A stretch of DNA of 57,135 nt, the filler included, from Sphacelaria rigidula (lineage: Eukaryota): assembly GCA_964200075.2 (NCBI GenBank). It is 6 parts of 6 records of this genome, joined end to end, with 100 filler letters (N's around TTAATTAATTAA, not from the genome) between each part and the next. Parts side by side here need not be neighbours in the genome. Positions count along the whole stretch, not along the records: positions 1 to 9,440 come from CAXNAA020008495.1; positions 9,541 to 18,980 come from CAXNAA020008496.1; 4 more parts are not named here. The stretch is one strand, 5' to 3'. The translations under genes and the position numbers were made by a program. This document shows, in pieces, positions 1 to 11,379 of this stretch (positions within the stretch are counted from its first letter, which is position 1; the number at the start of each line of letters is the position of its first letter). The notes under the pieces were generated by a model. The model was given only the letters and a program-made list of their open reading frames with translations. It was not told the origin of the DNA and ran no database searches.

Positions 1-810
1 TCCTGCCAGAAGTGTTCACGTCCCGAATTTCCCCCTCCAGCACGTCCCGTTCCTCCTTGTATAGTTCACATTCTGCCGCTATATGACTTCTGATCTCTAT
101 TGCGTTGCCACAGAGGCAGTTCTGTCCATCTACTTCCTCCTCCTTTCGACTACTGGTATATATCTTTCCTCTTTCTGGCAGGTCCAGGTCCCCCACCCGA
201 AATCGCAGTTTCAGATTTCCCGCACCGCCTATTATGCCATGCAAATATGCTTCCATGTCTCTTACTTTTGCCTTGCACCCCGCGTCTTCACCTATGGACG
301 GTACTTCGTCTCGTTTTACTCCTATCTCCTTCCACACTTTCTCGACTTATATATCCCACCTTTTAGCATGCCCTTTCGTACTTTTTTTCCCATACAGCCC
401 TATCAGCTATAGCTGGCACTCCCTTTCTTTGCATGTACCCCGCGGTTTCACCTATGGACAGTATTTCGCCTTGATTCCCTCTTATCTCCTTCCAAAATCT
501 CTCGACTTCTTCATCCCACCTTTTTCCAGCCTTCCCTTTGATACTTTTCTTCCATACAGCCTTATCAACTTTAGCTGGGAATCTCTTTCTTTGCATATTC
601 TTTACGCTATACTGACATCGCAGTTTTCTCATGTCTCCGTTTGTTTCAAGTGAGTAAACTCCCAACTCTGCTCTCAAAACTGTATTACTCGTCGTTTTCG
701 AGCATCCAAGTATCTCCCTAGCTGCTGCCATCTGTATTTTTCCCAACTTCTCCAACTTCACGTCCCCCTCCCATACTTCTCCTGCATACTCCAGCTTTGC
801 TACAATCACG
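1..810 (-). mobile_element. Non-LTR (LINE) retrotransposon remnant: region downstream of the RT core plus C-terminal CCHC zinc knuckle; frameshifted and internally duplicated
   Basis: ORF 363..809 reads KLEYAGEVWEG...QMAAAREILGCSKTTSNTVLRAELGVYSL, typical of the LINE ORF2 thumb region. The minus strand at about 40-210 reads LKLRFRVGDLDLPER...NCLCGNAIEIRSHIAAECELYKEER (C-x-C...H...C). Confidence 0.85.
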
Positions 811-1038
811 TACTAGAGAGTAGTATCGGGTATATTCTTCATGGAAGTTGTAGATTTGTATCCTTTATCTTGATATTTCGTACAACTGTTAACCATGTGA
901 GTCTTCTAACTTTGCTTGCACATCTATAAATACACGCTGCTACTCCTACTGTGTTTCACCCGAAAACAAGGGGAAGAGGGAGAGTTCGTTCAACAGTGCA
1001 GGGCACAACGTATCGGCATTTCTACGCGCGCGCCTGCG

Positions 1039-1137
1039 CACACACACACACATGCACACACACACACGCACACGCACGCACACGTCGACTTCTCGCACAA
1101 ACTCCGCAGTGACTTCACCGTCTATTGCACCGAGGGC

Positions 1138-1171
<34 letters not shown>

Positions 1172-1172
1172 A
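1039..1172. repeat. (CA)n and (CAA)n microsatellites
   Basis: CACACA/CACG tract at about 1039-1083 and CAA/CGA tract at about 1137-1172. Confidence 0.9.
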
Positions 1173-2043
1173 CGACAGCGACACTGTTCTCACACGGAGG
1201 GAAGTAGGGCATCTCGCCATGGCAACCACGGGGGAACCCAATGGGTGATGAGCTTCGACACAACCCATTCTGCCAAATTTGTAACGGTACAAATTGGTCA
1301 CCACAGCTACCTGCATAGCTGGACCACGCACCGGGGGGAGAAAAAATACCCCGGCCACTCTCCCGATAGCAATACTCAACGCCAGGCTTTGGCAGCCGCT
1401 GCCGGGCCTCTCTCCGTCGACGAATCTAACTAAAAGAGAACAAAACAACTCATTTCCAAACATTCGATACTTCAGGTGCAAGGGTTGCCAACCGAACGCC
1501 GTGCGACAACAACGCGCGGCACGCAGATAAAGCCATATTCGCCTTTCCCACTCCTACAGCGTGCAAGCGAGGGGCCACGAATGCCTTCTGCTGCTCAAAT
1601 TTTGACTCTATTGATCTTCATCGCGCCCGCCGCATTTTCGTCTGAAGAGAGTATGCATGCCCAGTATTATCAAGTGGAGGGCAACGTCATATCCACTCTT
1701 GCCCAGCTAAAAAAGACACATGAGGAAAAAATAAAATACACCGTAACACATCTGTGCAAAATTGTAAAAATGGGCAGCATGGAACATGTTGACTACCGGA
1801 CCGAGAGGGTTTTGTGATCCGCGTAGAACCCTCTCCCATACACGTTCATACCTTCCAGAAGGATACTGCACCACATTTATATAAAAAAATGAAAATAAAT
1901 CTTGCATCGCCACTGAAATATCCAATTCCAATACCTGAAAAAAATAAAACACACACACACACACATGACAGAATCAAACTTCCCCGTCTCACGATCACGT
2001 TACAAGGAATTCTAGAATGAAAAACACATTGCTCTCCGGTCAC

Positions 2044-5027
2044 CTTGTTGGGATCTAGGCAAGCCTCTTTAACGAGCACATCGCCACTGCTCGACCGCCG
2101 CGAGTTCTCATTCCTGCTCGCCACCACCGACAGACGCTGCTTCCCCGGAAACGGCAAAGCCTTCGACACCTCGACTTCGCTGAAGACAGGTCCAGCCGAC
2201 CCCGCCTGCTTAGCGGAGGCGTTTGGGCCGGCGAGGTCTACCGTCGTCGAAGCGCGTTTGTTAGACAAGGGGCCCAAGTAGCGCACGCGCCAAACGTTCG
2301 CGGGTGCGCTTCCAACCGCCTCTTGGATGACGGCCGGCCACATCACTTTGGAAAACAACAGGCATTGATGATTGCCGGGAACGGCAGAGAGGGGAGGGGG
2401 GGGGGGGATCACGTGTCAGTGGAGAAGGTGACCCCACTGCTCGACGTGGTGATGTGTGTAAGTCAATGTTACATGTGATTTGATGCATACGAGCTGTTGG
2501 TGCAAGATTTCAACAACACTAAATCAGTTTGACACCACTGGAGAAACGAGGCGGGGGAATTCAGATTTTCCACCACAGTGAAATTACGCTGTGAAATTAC
2601 ACAGGACTTGACACGTGACTTCAACGACAGTCTGCGCCTGAAAAAATTCATCCCAACTGAAGATTAACGGCTGAACTCTCACCGCAATTACACGTAAATT
2701 CTTGAAGCGGCCAACTAGAGATTAACGGCTGAACTCTCACCGCACTTACACGTATATTCTTGAAGCGGGGTGCTCATGATTCTGCACGCCGTAGACATGA
2801 AACCATTGAATTCAAATCCCTACAAAGCCAGGACGGAGCACGCCGGGTTTTCACCGCACCAGGCTCGCACTCAGTCACCGAGCGCGAAGCGCCGTGGTGG
2901 GTTCGGCGAGTCGCATGACGGATGAGCTGTATCCTGCTAAACTTGTTCGGCCCGAAGCGTACTGATTATCATGCATTTGGATGACAGCCCACAATAAGTT
3001 GCTTCATTTTCTGGTATCGCAACTTCCAGAGACAGTCATGGGCTACACACTGCCTCATGGGTGTCTCACCATATCGAGGGGGCGGCGGTCGTTACCAGAA
3101 CGAGGGCACAAGCATTGCCTGATATCGACATGACATGCCCGCCCGCCCACGACCTGTCTACTTGCCCTCTGAGGTGATGCCATGAGACCAGAGCGACGTC
3201 TGGCTTCGTGGGACATAGTGAAGCAGCACGTGAATCAAACTTGACACACGACCAAATTTTAAGAAACAAAATGACGGTTTTGAACCTCGCATCGTGCCGT
3301 GGCGTTCTTCGGGTGATCACTAGCCGCCACACATTGATATGCAAGTGCGTATGTAATGCAATGAGAAGAGACGAGATGGCATACAAAGCATGGACGAAAT
3401 AGATACATACGGCAATCAGCGCCTTTGCCTTTGCCTTTGGCATTGGACCGTGAAAGTTGCCCACACAATCTGGCGCTTCATCGCGCGCGCCATTTTACTG
3501 TCGACAAATAAGTCATGAGACACACGCAAGCTACGAGGGCTGCTGAATCTTCAGGTACCAGGCACCTCTCGGCTAAAGGGGCCTACTTCCGCACCGTGGA
3601 TGCATCTTACGGTAGTTGCTGTCCCGACGCCGAATACGCCAAATATCTGAGCGAAAAACGACCCTTACAAGCTCCGAAGACCATGACCACGAACCCCACG
3701 TGAGACACAGTCACGCCCGAGCAACACGTGAAAATTCAGCGCGCGTGGTGATGAGGAGCACCCAAAGATCTGAAGCACAACCCGCCCCGACCATGACGCA
3801 CTTCACATGACACACACGTGGACAAATCTCACCGTCGCCACGCAGAGCCCACACTATCACCCCGGGACACGCTTTGCTGGCCTCCAGTCCCCCCGTCGCC
3901 AAACTATGCCCACTACTCCTCTCAGATGATGCAGACGGTGGCCCACCATCATCAGCTGGCAACTCCAGCATTCGGGGTACAGAGGGTGCCGGCGGCAACG
4001 ACGGTCTTGGCCGTTTGGGGACCTCCGTTGACGTCGGTGATCTTGGGCGTTTGCCCGCCGTAGCTCTGGCTGTGACCACCGGTGCCGAAGGCTCCTCTGG
4101 AGCCAAGACTACCCCGGCCTCGTTGGCTTGACGGGGGCCCCGCTCGTTCGATGACGTTGTGCTCCCATCCGCAGGGCTAGCCGTGGCTACCGCCACCGCT
4201 GCCGCCCCCAAATCACCCCGTACTGTCGCGTTTTCTTTCTCGGGCTGCTCTTTTTGATCAACGGGCGGCTCGTCATCGGACGGCCGCGGCGGTGGCAGCG
4301 GCGGCGGCGGCCGCTGCGCCGTCGGCTCTGCGGCCGCCGACTCCGCTGCCGCCGGGGCCGGGGCTGATGAATTGCTACATGCGTCAGGTTTCTTCTCCGC
4401 TGATGACGAAGAAGGCATCAGATTTGCTGAGCTCTCCCCCTGCTCAGGTGCTACTTTCGCCGGGGGAGCAGCCGACGGCGCCGCGTCAGCTGCCGCCCCA
4501 GTACAACCGCCGGATATACCGGCGGCACTATCCCCTGCATTTCTTGACAGAGTAGGAGCGTTTGTCGATGGATCAGACGGGAGGGCACCGCTGTCGCTGC
4601 CTTTCCCAGAAACATCTGCAGGAGCAGAAGCAGTATCCTTGGACTCGTTTTCCTCCAGAGTAGCCGAAGGCTCATCTGTCGCAAAGCCCGGTGTTGTATC
4701 GGCGCTGTTGCCATCATCAACAAATGATTCGCCCGTCACGACAGCGGCAGTGCCGCTGCATTTCTCTCCGACGGCGCTGTCGTCGAGAGTGTCGTCGGGT
4801 GTCGGGACAGCGGTAAGGCCGAGTTCGGCGTAAGAGCTAACGAGAGCAATAGCTGTTTCTACATCCGCCGCGGACACGACAGGCGATTCTTGTACTGTTC
4901 CGTCATCGCCGTCTTCCCTGGGTACCACCGCCCGAACTGTGAAGTAGCGGACCGCCGCCGCCACTTCATTGTCGGGCAGTTCGTCAGCTTCTTCCTCCGC
5001 CTCCAGAGACATCACCGTTTCTGTCAG
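2044..5027 (-). CDS. Multi-exon gene (partial): long Ala/Pro/Ser/Glu-rich region followed by a PWWP/Tudor-like domain
   Basis: Exon 5027..3833 (acceptor ttcag, donor G|gtgaga, phase 1) splices in frame to exon 2345..2044 (acceptor tgttgttttccaaag|TG, donor AAG|gtgacc). This gives CPGVIVWALRGD-VMWPAVIQEAVGSAPANVWRVRYLGP, matching the PWWP pattern GxxVWA...WPAxI...VxY/FG. Downstream exons are unresolved (candidates near 1860-1934 and 1311-1426). Confidence 0.7.
2653..2768. repeat. 58-bp tandem duplication (intronic)
   Basis: ccaact..agattaacggctgaactctcaccgca.ttacacgta.attcttgaagcgg starts at 2653 and again at 2711. Confidence 0.9.
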
Positions 5028-5310
5028 CTGAATATTTTGGTTGGGCGAAAAGATAAATTTTGGTTGCGCAAAGAACCTTGTTAGTACACAAATACGACGA
5101 AAAATTGAGCATATTTCTTGTCTTGTGTTGAGTAGGCCATTTTTTCTCGAACCCAATCACGAAACTCGCGCGGGTACCGGTTACTGGTGCCCATCAGAGG
5201 GCAGTATGCACGCCGCACCATAGCAGCCTCTCCCCTGTACCTCAACTTCCCCCAGTCATATCGCCCATGTTCGAAATGGAAGTAGTATACGAGATTTAAG
5301 CCGTCATGAC

Positions 5311-5567
5311 CAAGGGTCGGCCTAATAATGAGTCGCCTGGAAATGACTTTGTTTTAGTATACTTAATTCGACTCGTGACGAATCAGTCCCTGGGCTTTAT
5401 TTTAGCGTTGCAACCCAGGTACACGCAGCCCAGACACGTGGAATGACGCAAAAATTGCGTGGATACCCCTCGGACCAGCGATCAACCGTTTCCTCCCTTT
5501 TGGGCAATCAGGCCGAAGAAAACGTGAATCTGGTGATTTTGAGTCGTGACGATTCGTCCTACCCGTG
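5311..5567 (+). mobile_element. hAT-type MITE, family A, copy 1
   Basis: TIR CAAGGGTCGG...CCTACCCGTG; perfect 8-bp TSD GTCATGAC at 5303-5310 and 5568-5575; four more copies in the window. Confidence 0.85.
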
Positions 5568-6522
5568 GTCATGACCTATTAGCATTTCTCCAACTGGGTC
5601 ATCATGCCAATCTACATACACTCCTTACAGCGACGCGCTCGCAGCGCGAAGCCCAAAACACCGTGGTACGCAACGTACTGAAAGAAACCAGCACCGGCGC
5701 GCCTACCTGAGCAACAAACGCACGAGAAGTATCATTTCACCGCTATGTTTTTTCCTATTTTTCCGTACCCAGGGAACAGGGAGGAACCTTCCTCCATGCA
5801 CCTCGCTATTAGCTAGTTTCGAGCAGGGCATCCGAGTGCACTCCAACCGCCGTGTACGTCCCCAGCCCTTAGATCCACTTTCATGGCAACGAATCTCGAT
5901 TTGATTGGGACCTTGGGGGGACTGTAATTCGTGGACTCAAAATCGAGGTGACCGTTTCATGGTACAGACAGTACAGTATCACAGATTTCAGTTTGTGAAA
6001 CGGTTCTGTACACAGACCATTACTTTCTGCACGAGTGTGGTATTGCGTACTCGTGCTTGAAGCCGAAGGGCAGGCGGGCGGTAAACAATCCTTCGAGTGC
6101 AGTGTTGTACCTTGGTACCCTAGGGTAATACAGTGCAGGACACTACATTAGTACGGTACATGATAATGCCGTGTCACAGGCGGTAGTGCGAGAACATCAA
6201 ACAAACAGTGCGCGAGCAGAGTTCAGCAGTGCAGTGCCGTACATCACCCCTCAAGTACAGCGACAACAGCTAGGAGAGTGCAGTCGTGTTCGTTGAAATA
6301 GTTATACACATGGCAGCGCAGCAGAAATTATTACCATCACCGCATCGGTACGGCGTCTGCACTTGTTATCCGCTTGTCAAACCTCGTGCGAAGTTGCTTC
6401 AGCAGCTGGGGCGGGCAGTAGGCACGCCCTGTGCTGTCAAGAGAATGTCTTCTGCTGCCGTTGCAAACATATCAAACGTCTTGTACTCTAGAATTGTACC
6501 TCAATGCCCGTACGTGACCTCA

Positions 6523-6620
6523 AAAAAATCGGAGGGAGTCACGATCTCGGGACGATTTCCCCCGATGTTTTTCGAAAAATCGGGGGAAACCGTTCCGAGA
6601 TCGTGACTCCCCGATTTTTT
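6523..6620. repeat. About 100-bp near-perfect palindrome
   Basis: aaaaaatcggagggagtcacgatctcgggacg...ttttCGaaaa...cgttccgagatcgtgactccccgatttttt, centred at 6573/6574. Confidence 0.85.
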
Positions 6621-7191
6621 CTTTCCCGATTTGGTCCAAATCCGTGTCCATAAAATGCGTTCCCCGATTTTTTGTCCCCCGATGCTCGAAAAAAAACGAG
6701 ATTCGTGCCTGCCCTAAAAGTGGGTCTTGGGCTAGGTGGTCCGGTCGCATGTACGGGTAGGCACCAAGGTGGAAGTGCCCTCCCACCCAGGTAGTCTCGG
6801 ACTTGAAAGGATCCCTCTTCCTGAACTAGGTAGGGTCTGCCTCACCGAGCAAACCTCCTACAATGTCCCCCAGCTCGACCCTGTACACGAGTCACCTTAC
6901 CCATCCGGGCGTACGTCATCAGATTCCCCGCTAATCTTCACGCTCGAATCCCGTCATGAACTATCGTGTTCTCCACCGATGGCTTGTTGGTCTACCCACA
7001 GACAACGGGAGGAATTGAGTGGCATAATGATACGCAACAAAAAAAACATATTTTGTCCGCCTTTCGGTCGGCACCAAGTACTCAAATACTTTCGGGGATT
7101 AATTTCGTCATTTTCGGCACGTAAGGTCCAGGGTGCACGCAGAAAAGCGGTACATATATCCAACAGCTGAGGTGAGTGATAATCAGAGAGA

Positions 7192-7765
7192 AAACAGTTG
7201 ACCCATATTCGAACCAGTGAGTGCTCACTAGTTCATTGGGTAAACTGTTTACTTCCTGAACAAAAGATCATGCTTTGTGGTCCATCCCGGCAAGACACAT
7301 CAGCGATATTTCCGGAGCTCGCAGCCCCCCTCGCAAGCCTCACTGTTCAAATGTCAAACTTTCCTTCCACACTCGATCATGCCGGAACACGGACAGCATA
7401 TCGTTTGTCCAGGAAGCAAACAGTATACTTCAAGGGTCGGACGAATGAATGATTCGTCTGGAAATTACTTTATTCTAGTGTCATTGATTCGTACCGTACG
7501 AATCAATCCTGAGGCTTCGCTTTCAGCGTTGTTGTAACTCAGGTATGCGCAGTCCACGCAAGTGGAATTGCGCCAGAATTGCGTGGGGGACCTTCTTGAC
7601 CAGCGGTCAACTGCCTCCTCCTTGTTGTTGAGCAATCAGGCCTGAAAAATCGTGGATTTGGTGAGATTCGAACTGGCAATGATTTGTCCGAACCGCGAAC
7701 AGTTTACCCATTGAACCAGCGAGCGTTCACCGGCTTAATGGATAAACTGTTGGCTTCCTGAACAA
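7192..7765. repeat. Palindromic repeat cluster (AACAGTTTACCCA / TGGGTAAACTGTT units) interrupted by a family A MITE
   Basis: Hairpins at about 7192-7250 and 7698-7751 are direct copies of each other; about 7245-7273 and 7397-7424 are inverted repeats. Confidence 0.7.
7431..7697 (+). mobile_element. hAT-type MITE, family A, copy 2
   Basis: Starts CAAGGGTCGGACGAAT, ends GATTTGTCCGAACCGCG, and is colinear with the other copies; no clean 8-bp TSD. Confidence 0.8.
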
Positions 7766-7766
7766 G

Positions 7767-7892
7767 CTACACCTCGAGCACCTCGAGAAGGTACGGACGC
7801 ACCTCTTCCAGAGTAAGCCCGAAGGTATCCACCCCGTTGACGTTGGTCAGCTGCCTCACCACACGTTGGCTTGGTCCTACACGATCAGGCAC
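7767..7892 (-). CDS. Exon encoding the C-terminal half of a PDZ-like motif; either a terminal exon or an upstream exon of the PWWP-like gene
   Basis: Acceptor ttcgttcttgtatccag follows a (GTTCG)n pyrimidine-rich tract; translation VPDRVGPSQRVVRQLTNVNGVDTFGLTLEEVRPYLLE resembles PDZ 'VNG..V..lt.eEV...L'. Confidence 0.5.
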   Translation of the reverse strand: MPDRVGPSQRVVRQLTNVNGVDTFGLTLEEVRPYLLEVLEV

Positions 7893-7902
7893 CTGGATAC
7901 AA

Positions 7903-7948
7903 GAACGAAACGAAACGAACCGAACCGAACCGAACCGAACCGAACCGA
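7903..7948. repeat. (GAAAC/GAACC)n pentanucleotide microsatellite
   Basis: Directly visible tandem tract. Confidence 0.9.
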
Positions 7949-9440
7949 AAGCGACAGTTAGCAACACTTTCGGGCGAGATCGAGCGCGTAGGCTCTTATG
8001 ATTCCTTCGCCAACTATTTCAAGTGCTGATTTTTTGTTGGGTAAATCTTTGTGAATCGGCATTATTCTGACTTTGAAAATGACTGAAAAAATGCCGATTA
8101 AAGGAAACAAAAACCAATACTTCCCGGGGGTCGGTCCAGTTCCCGAAGGGTTGAAGTGAGCAATTCATAGGAACCCGTTGTTTTCGTGTGTTCCCATTCA
8201 TTGACGAAACATTGACGTCGGGATGTCGGCTGACATTTTGCTGAATTTCAAGTGCGATGACGTCGATTGAACAGATCACCTACCCTAGCGGTCAAAGGAA
8301 TAGTTCGAATGGCAGTAAGGAACACGTTTAGGATTACATCCGTTAACTGTAGGAGTGCTGATCGGGACCGATCCGTTTTTGTTCAACTAACAATAAAATA
8401 AGGGGAGGGAGATTATCAACCACCAATATTCCTCTCATTAATCGCTGCTGTGCACTGAGCAGGTCATGATTGGAGGTCGCACATAGTGCCATGCATTCCA
8501 AAAATGTTATCGTGATTCGTACGTTAAATGTGAATGTAGGATACTTACCCGTCGCGATTTCAAGCAACCGTACATCGGCGTTTGTTCGCTTTCGGATTTT
8601 CACATTCAACGACTAGCTTGTCAAAATGTCAACCATTTGACCGTCAGGGTTCGTAGTCAGGGTCACGCAGTAACTTTCCAAGTGAAAATGATGCCTTTTC
8701 AAAAGCGGACAACCTCGGCGCCAAATGGCCGTCCGTGGAGTCGGCATCACCTCCAATGTGTTTTTAGTCGAAACTAGGCTGGAAAGCTCACTCTCAGTTA
8801 TAAGCTACACTCTCAATCTCTCGAAAATGCTAGTATGAAATAGTCGGTAGGGATCAAACCTCGGTGGGGGCGGCGTAGTGGCATGAAGTAACGACGAGGC
8901 ACTCGGGCCGACCTAAAACGAGTACTATTCGGGTACGATACGCGGACACGGAACGGAAACGCTTGACCGAAGCGAACTAAGCTCTCGCCTTCAACCCGTC
9001 TCGAAACTGCAGTGTGTTTGTTTACTGGCGAGATTTTTTTAACCTTGTGCATCTGCGAACACTTGAATCGAAACAAGCACAACAAAACGCGAACGATTCG
9101 CGTGGGGAAATCACAACCGTCGTGAACTACGGCGTTGCGCTCACAACCCAAGTGCGATGCACATACTGCCGTAGAGATGACGGTTGATCTCTCAAGACCA
9201 CGAACTCGTCCTGAGTGACACGGGGAGGGGTTCAAGCTGGGACGAGAAGAAAAAGTAAGACGACCCTCGCCCCCACCCAAATCCGCTCCCACACGAATTT
9301 TGACCAATCATTTACACGAACAAGTCCCTGGCGTATGCCGCCCGCACGGCCCCACGCCAACCCGGCCGCCCCCACGCCCCCGCCCCTGGTTGGACACCCA
9401 TGAGGCAGTGTACAAGCCGTGGCTGTCTCTGGAAGTGGCG

Positions 9441-9540
9441 NNNNNNNNNNNNNNNNNNNNNNNNNNNNNNNNNNNNNNNNNNNNTTAATTAATTAANNNN
9501 NNNNNNNNNNNNNNNNNNNNNNNNNNNNNNNNNNNNNNNN
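9441..9540. other. Artificial contig spacer (N + TTAATTAATTAA + N)
   Basis: Six-frame stop linker inside 100-nt gaps at 9441, 18981, 28520, 38059 and 47598, spaced 9539-9540 bp apart. Confidence 0.97.
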
Positions 9541-10772
9541 TTTCAGGGTCTAACTCCTTAAAACGGCGTGAGGTTTTGCCGATGAGTGTTTTTTGGGTGA
9601 TGAGCGTGAACCAGATTATGCAATGTTTTGTTGCGTGACTCGCTTGATGGAACGGCGTCGTAACGGTAAACGTAGCAGAAAAGTCGCCTCGACACTACAA
9701 TCAAGATGTTAGGATTTTGTACCTTTCAAGCTCATTTCAACGTACAAGGGCGCGAATGCTCACGCCGATACTTGGAGTTCAACTGAAAAATTGCATACAT
9801 ACACTATGTTGCATTTCAATACTTTCGAAGAACAGCGTTTTTCAATTTCTTCTTTTCACCGGTTATCGGAGGTCCGAGAAGGGCATGTGGAGGGCTAATG
9901 ATTCCCCAGGACCGTCGGACTCCCGATAACCGGCGAAATTGAAAAAAAGTCGAAAGATACCGTTATTCGAAAGTTTTTGTAATATTCCATGGTATATGTG
10001 TGGAATTTTTTAGAGCCTAACTCCAAGAATCGGCGTGAGCATTCGCGAACGACTGATTTTTGGCACACAGGCGTGAACCAGCCTGTAGAATCTAGGGTAT
10101 AGTGGGGGTCCCAGCATAGTGTGGTGCGTCTTTTGCCCACTATGACGTCTGCGTTGTGCTAATATCTTGCATTCTACAGTACTGGTATACGGCAGTGTGA
10201 CTACAATTACTTGATATTAATTTAGTATACCGGGCATGATAAGTGCTTTTGACCGCACTCTAGGGAACCCGCGCTATACCGTGGACGCCCCCTTCCCACT
10301 GGGGAAAAGCTCTGGTACTTAGAGTTAGCAAACAGGATACCCTGGATATCACCCCCCCAAGTCCACTAAATATCAAGTTTAGGTGCCTATACATTGTATA
10401 CTTGAATGTCTTGGAAGTTGAAATACGAGTACCCCTGCTAGAAGGTTCCTACAGTCAGTGTGCATGTGTATGTGTTTCCGTCTCGTTTATTTTAGACGCC
10501 TGTGCCCACACCTTCCGGGATATCTCAAGGGGGGAATACGTATCACCATCACGATACACAGCGCAGTTTTCAACGGGAGGTAGGAATCTCGAGAAAAAGG
10601 TGAGGTGTCGGGTGACAGTTTTTCATGCTCCGCCTTGAGACCAGCTTGTACACTAGACTGCGAGGGCCGCTTGTGCCTGGCAATAACGGCCAGGGTGAGT
10701 AGAAACCTGTCTGCACTCTATTGGTCTGTCTGTATCCACTGTAGTGTATCCTACTGTCTGCGAGGCACTTAC

Positions 10773-11132
10773 TCCATGTACTCGTAGCTGTAGCGGTTGA
10801 GACGTCACATACATTGTCCGCCCAGATGTTCTTAGCAAAAGTAACAGTTGGTAGTTGACACATGACTTTATGAAGACCGACAAGCCTGGAACAGATCGCG
10901 TCAATCTTCCTCGAGAGAAGCAAATACACCCACGACTAAACACTAGCTCATAGAGAACCCTGTCGGGAGGCAACTGACCAAAATCCACCTCGCCACCGAG
11001 GATATCGCCAGGCGGTACCGAAGAGCGGCATGCGGACGGCACATTTAGAGCAAGCCTCTCGTGTTTTTCAAACTGATATAAATGAATACCGCCCATCTTA
11101 ACACACATTGCGCTCACCGTACGCCGACGCAT
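10773..11132 (-). CDS. Candidate 5' exon(s) of an unknown gene divergent from ZNF207
   Basis: Open frame MRRRT...FEKHERLALNVPSAC...DRVLYELVFSRG...MYVTSQPLQLRVHG ends at a strong donor GGA|gtaagt (10772); internal GT-AG pairs keep the frame. No recognised domain. Confidence 0.35.
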
Positions 11133-11379
11133 TGATGCATCCTCCCCTCTGTAAATTGAGAGAAAGTACATGCATTATCCCAGCAAAATAAGATTGCGTT
11201 GCTCCTCTCCTCTCTGGGCTCCCTTGCGGTTGTGCCGCTCTCTGCGGCTGGGAGCTAGGCGGCTTTGAACATACAGCTGAATAATGTCATATTCCACACG
11301 AGACGTAAATTACACATCGTTGACACTTGACGACAATACCCGGTAGTACAGCTGATTCTCGGGGCAAACTAGAGCAAGG

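Noticed and set aside
3070-3646. Extra exons 3646..3611 and 3199..3070 in the PWWP-like gene
   Set aside because: They have plausible splice sites but would split the PWWP motif, and the second breaks phase with the 2345 exon; direct splicing gives the better domain.
3874-4833. Plus-strand ORFs overlapping the large minus exon (and similar shadows at 13274-14017 and 34391-35073)
   Set aside because: Antisense shadows of GC-rich coding sequence.
6720-6960. Coding-like minus-strand fragment (…TTWVGGHFHLGAYPYMRPDHL…)
   Set aside because: Needs several frameshifts and matches no family I recognise.
9485-9496. TTAATTAATTAA as a biological motif
   Set aside because: Synthetic six-frame stop linker embedded in Ns.
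7767-11132. Joining the 10773 donor to the PDZ-like exon at 7892 (phases fit)
   Set aside because: Crosses the 9441-9540 spacer between unlinked contigs.
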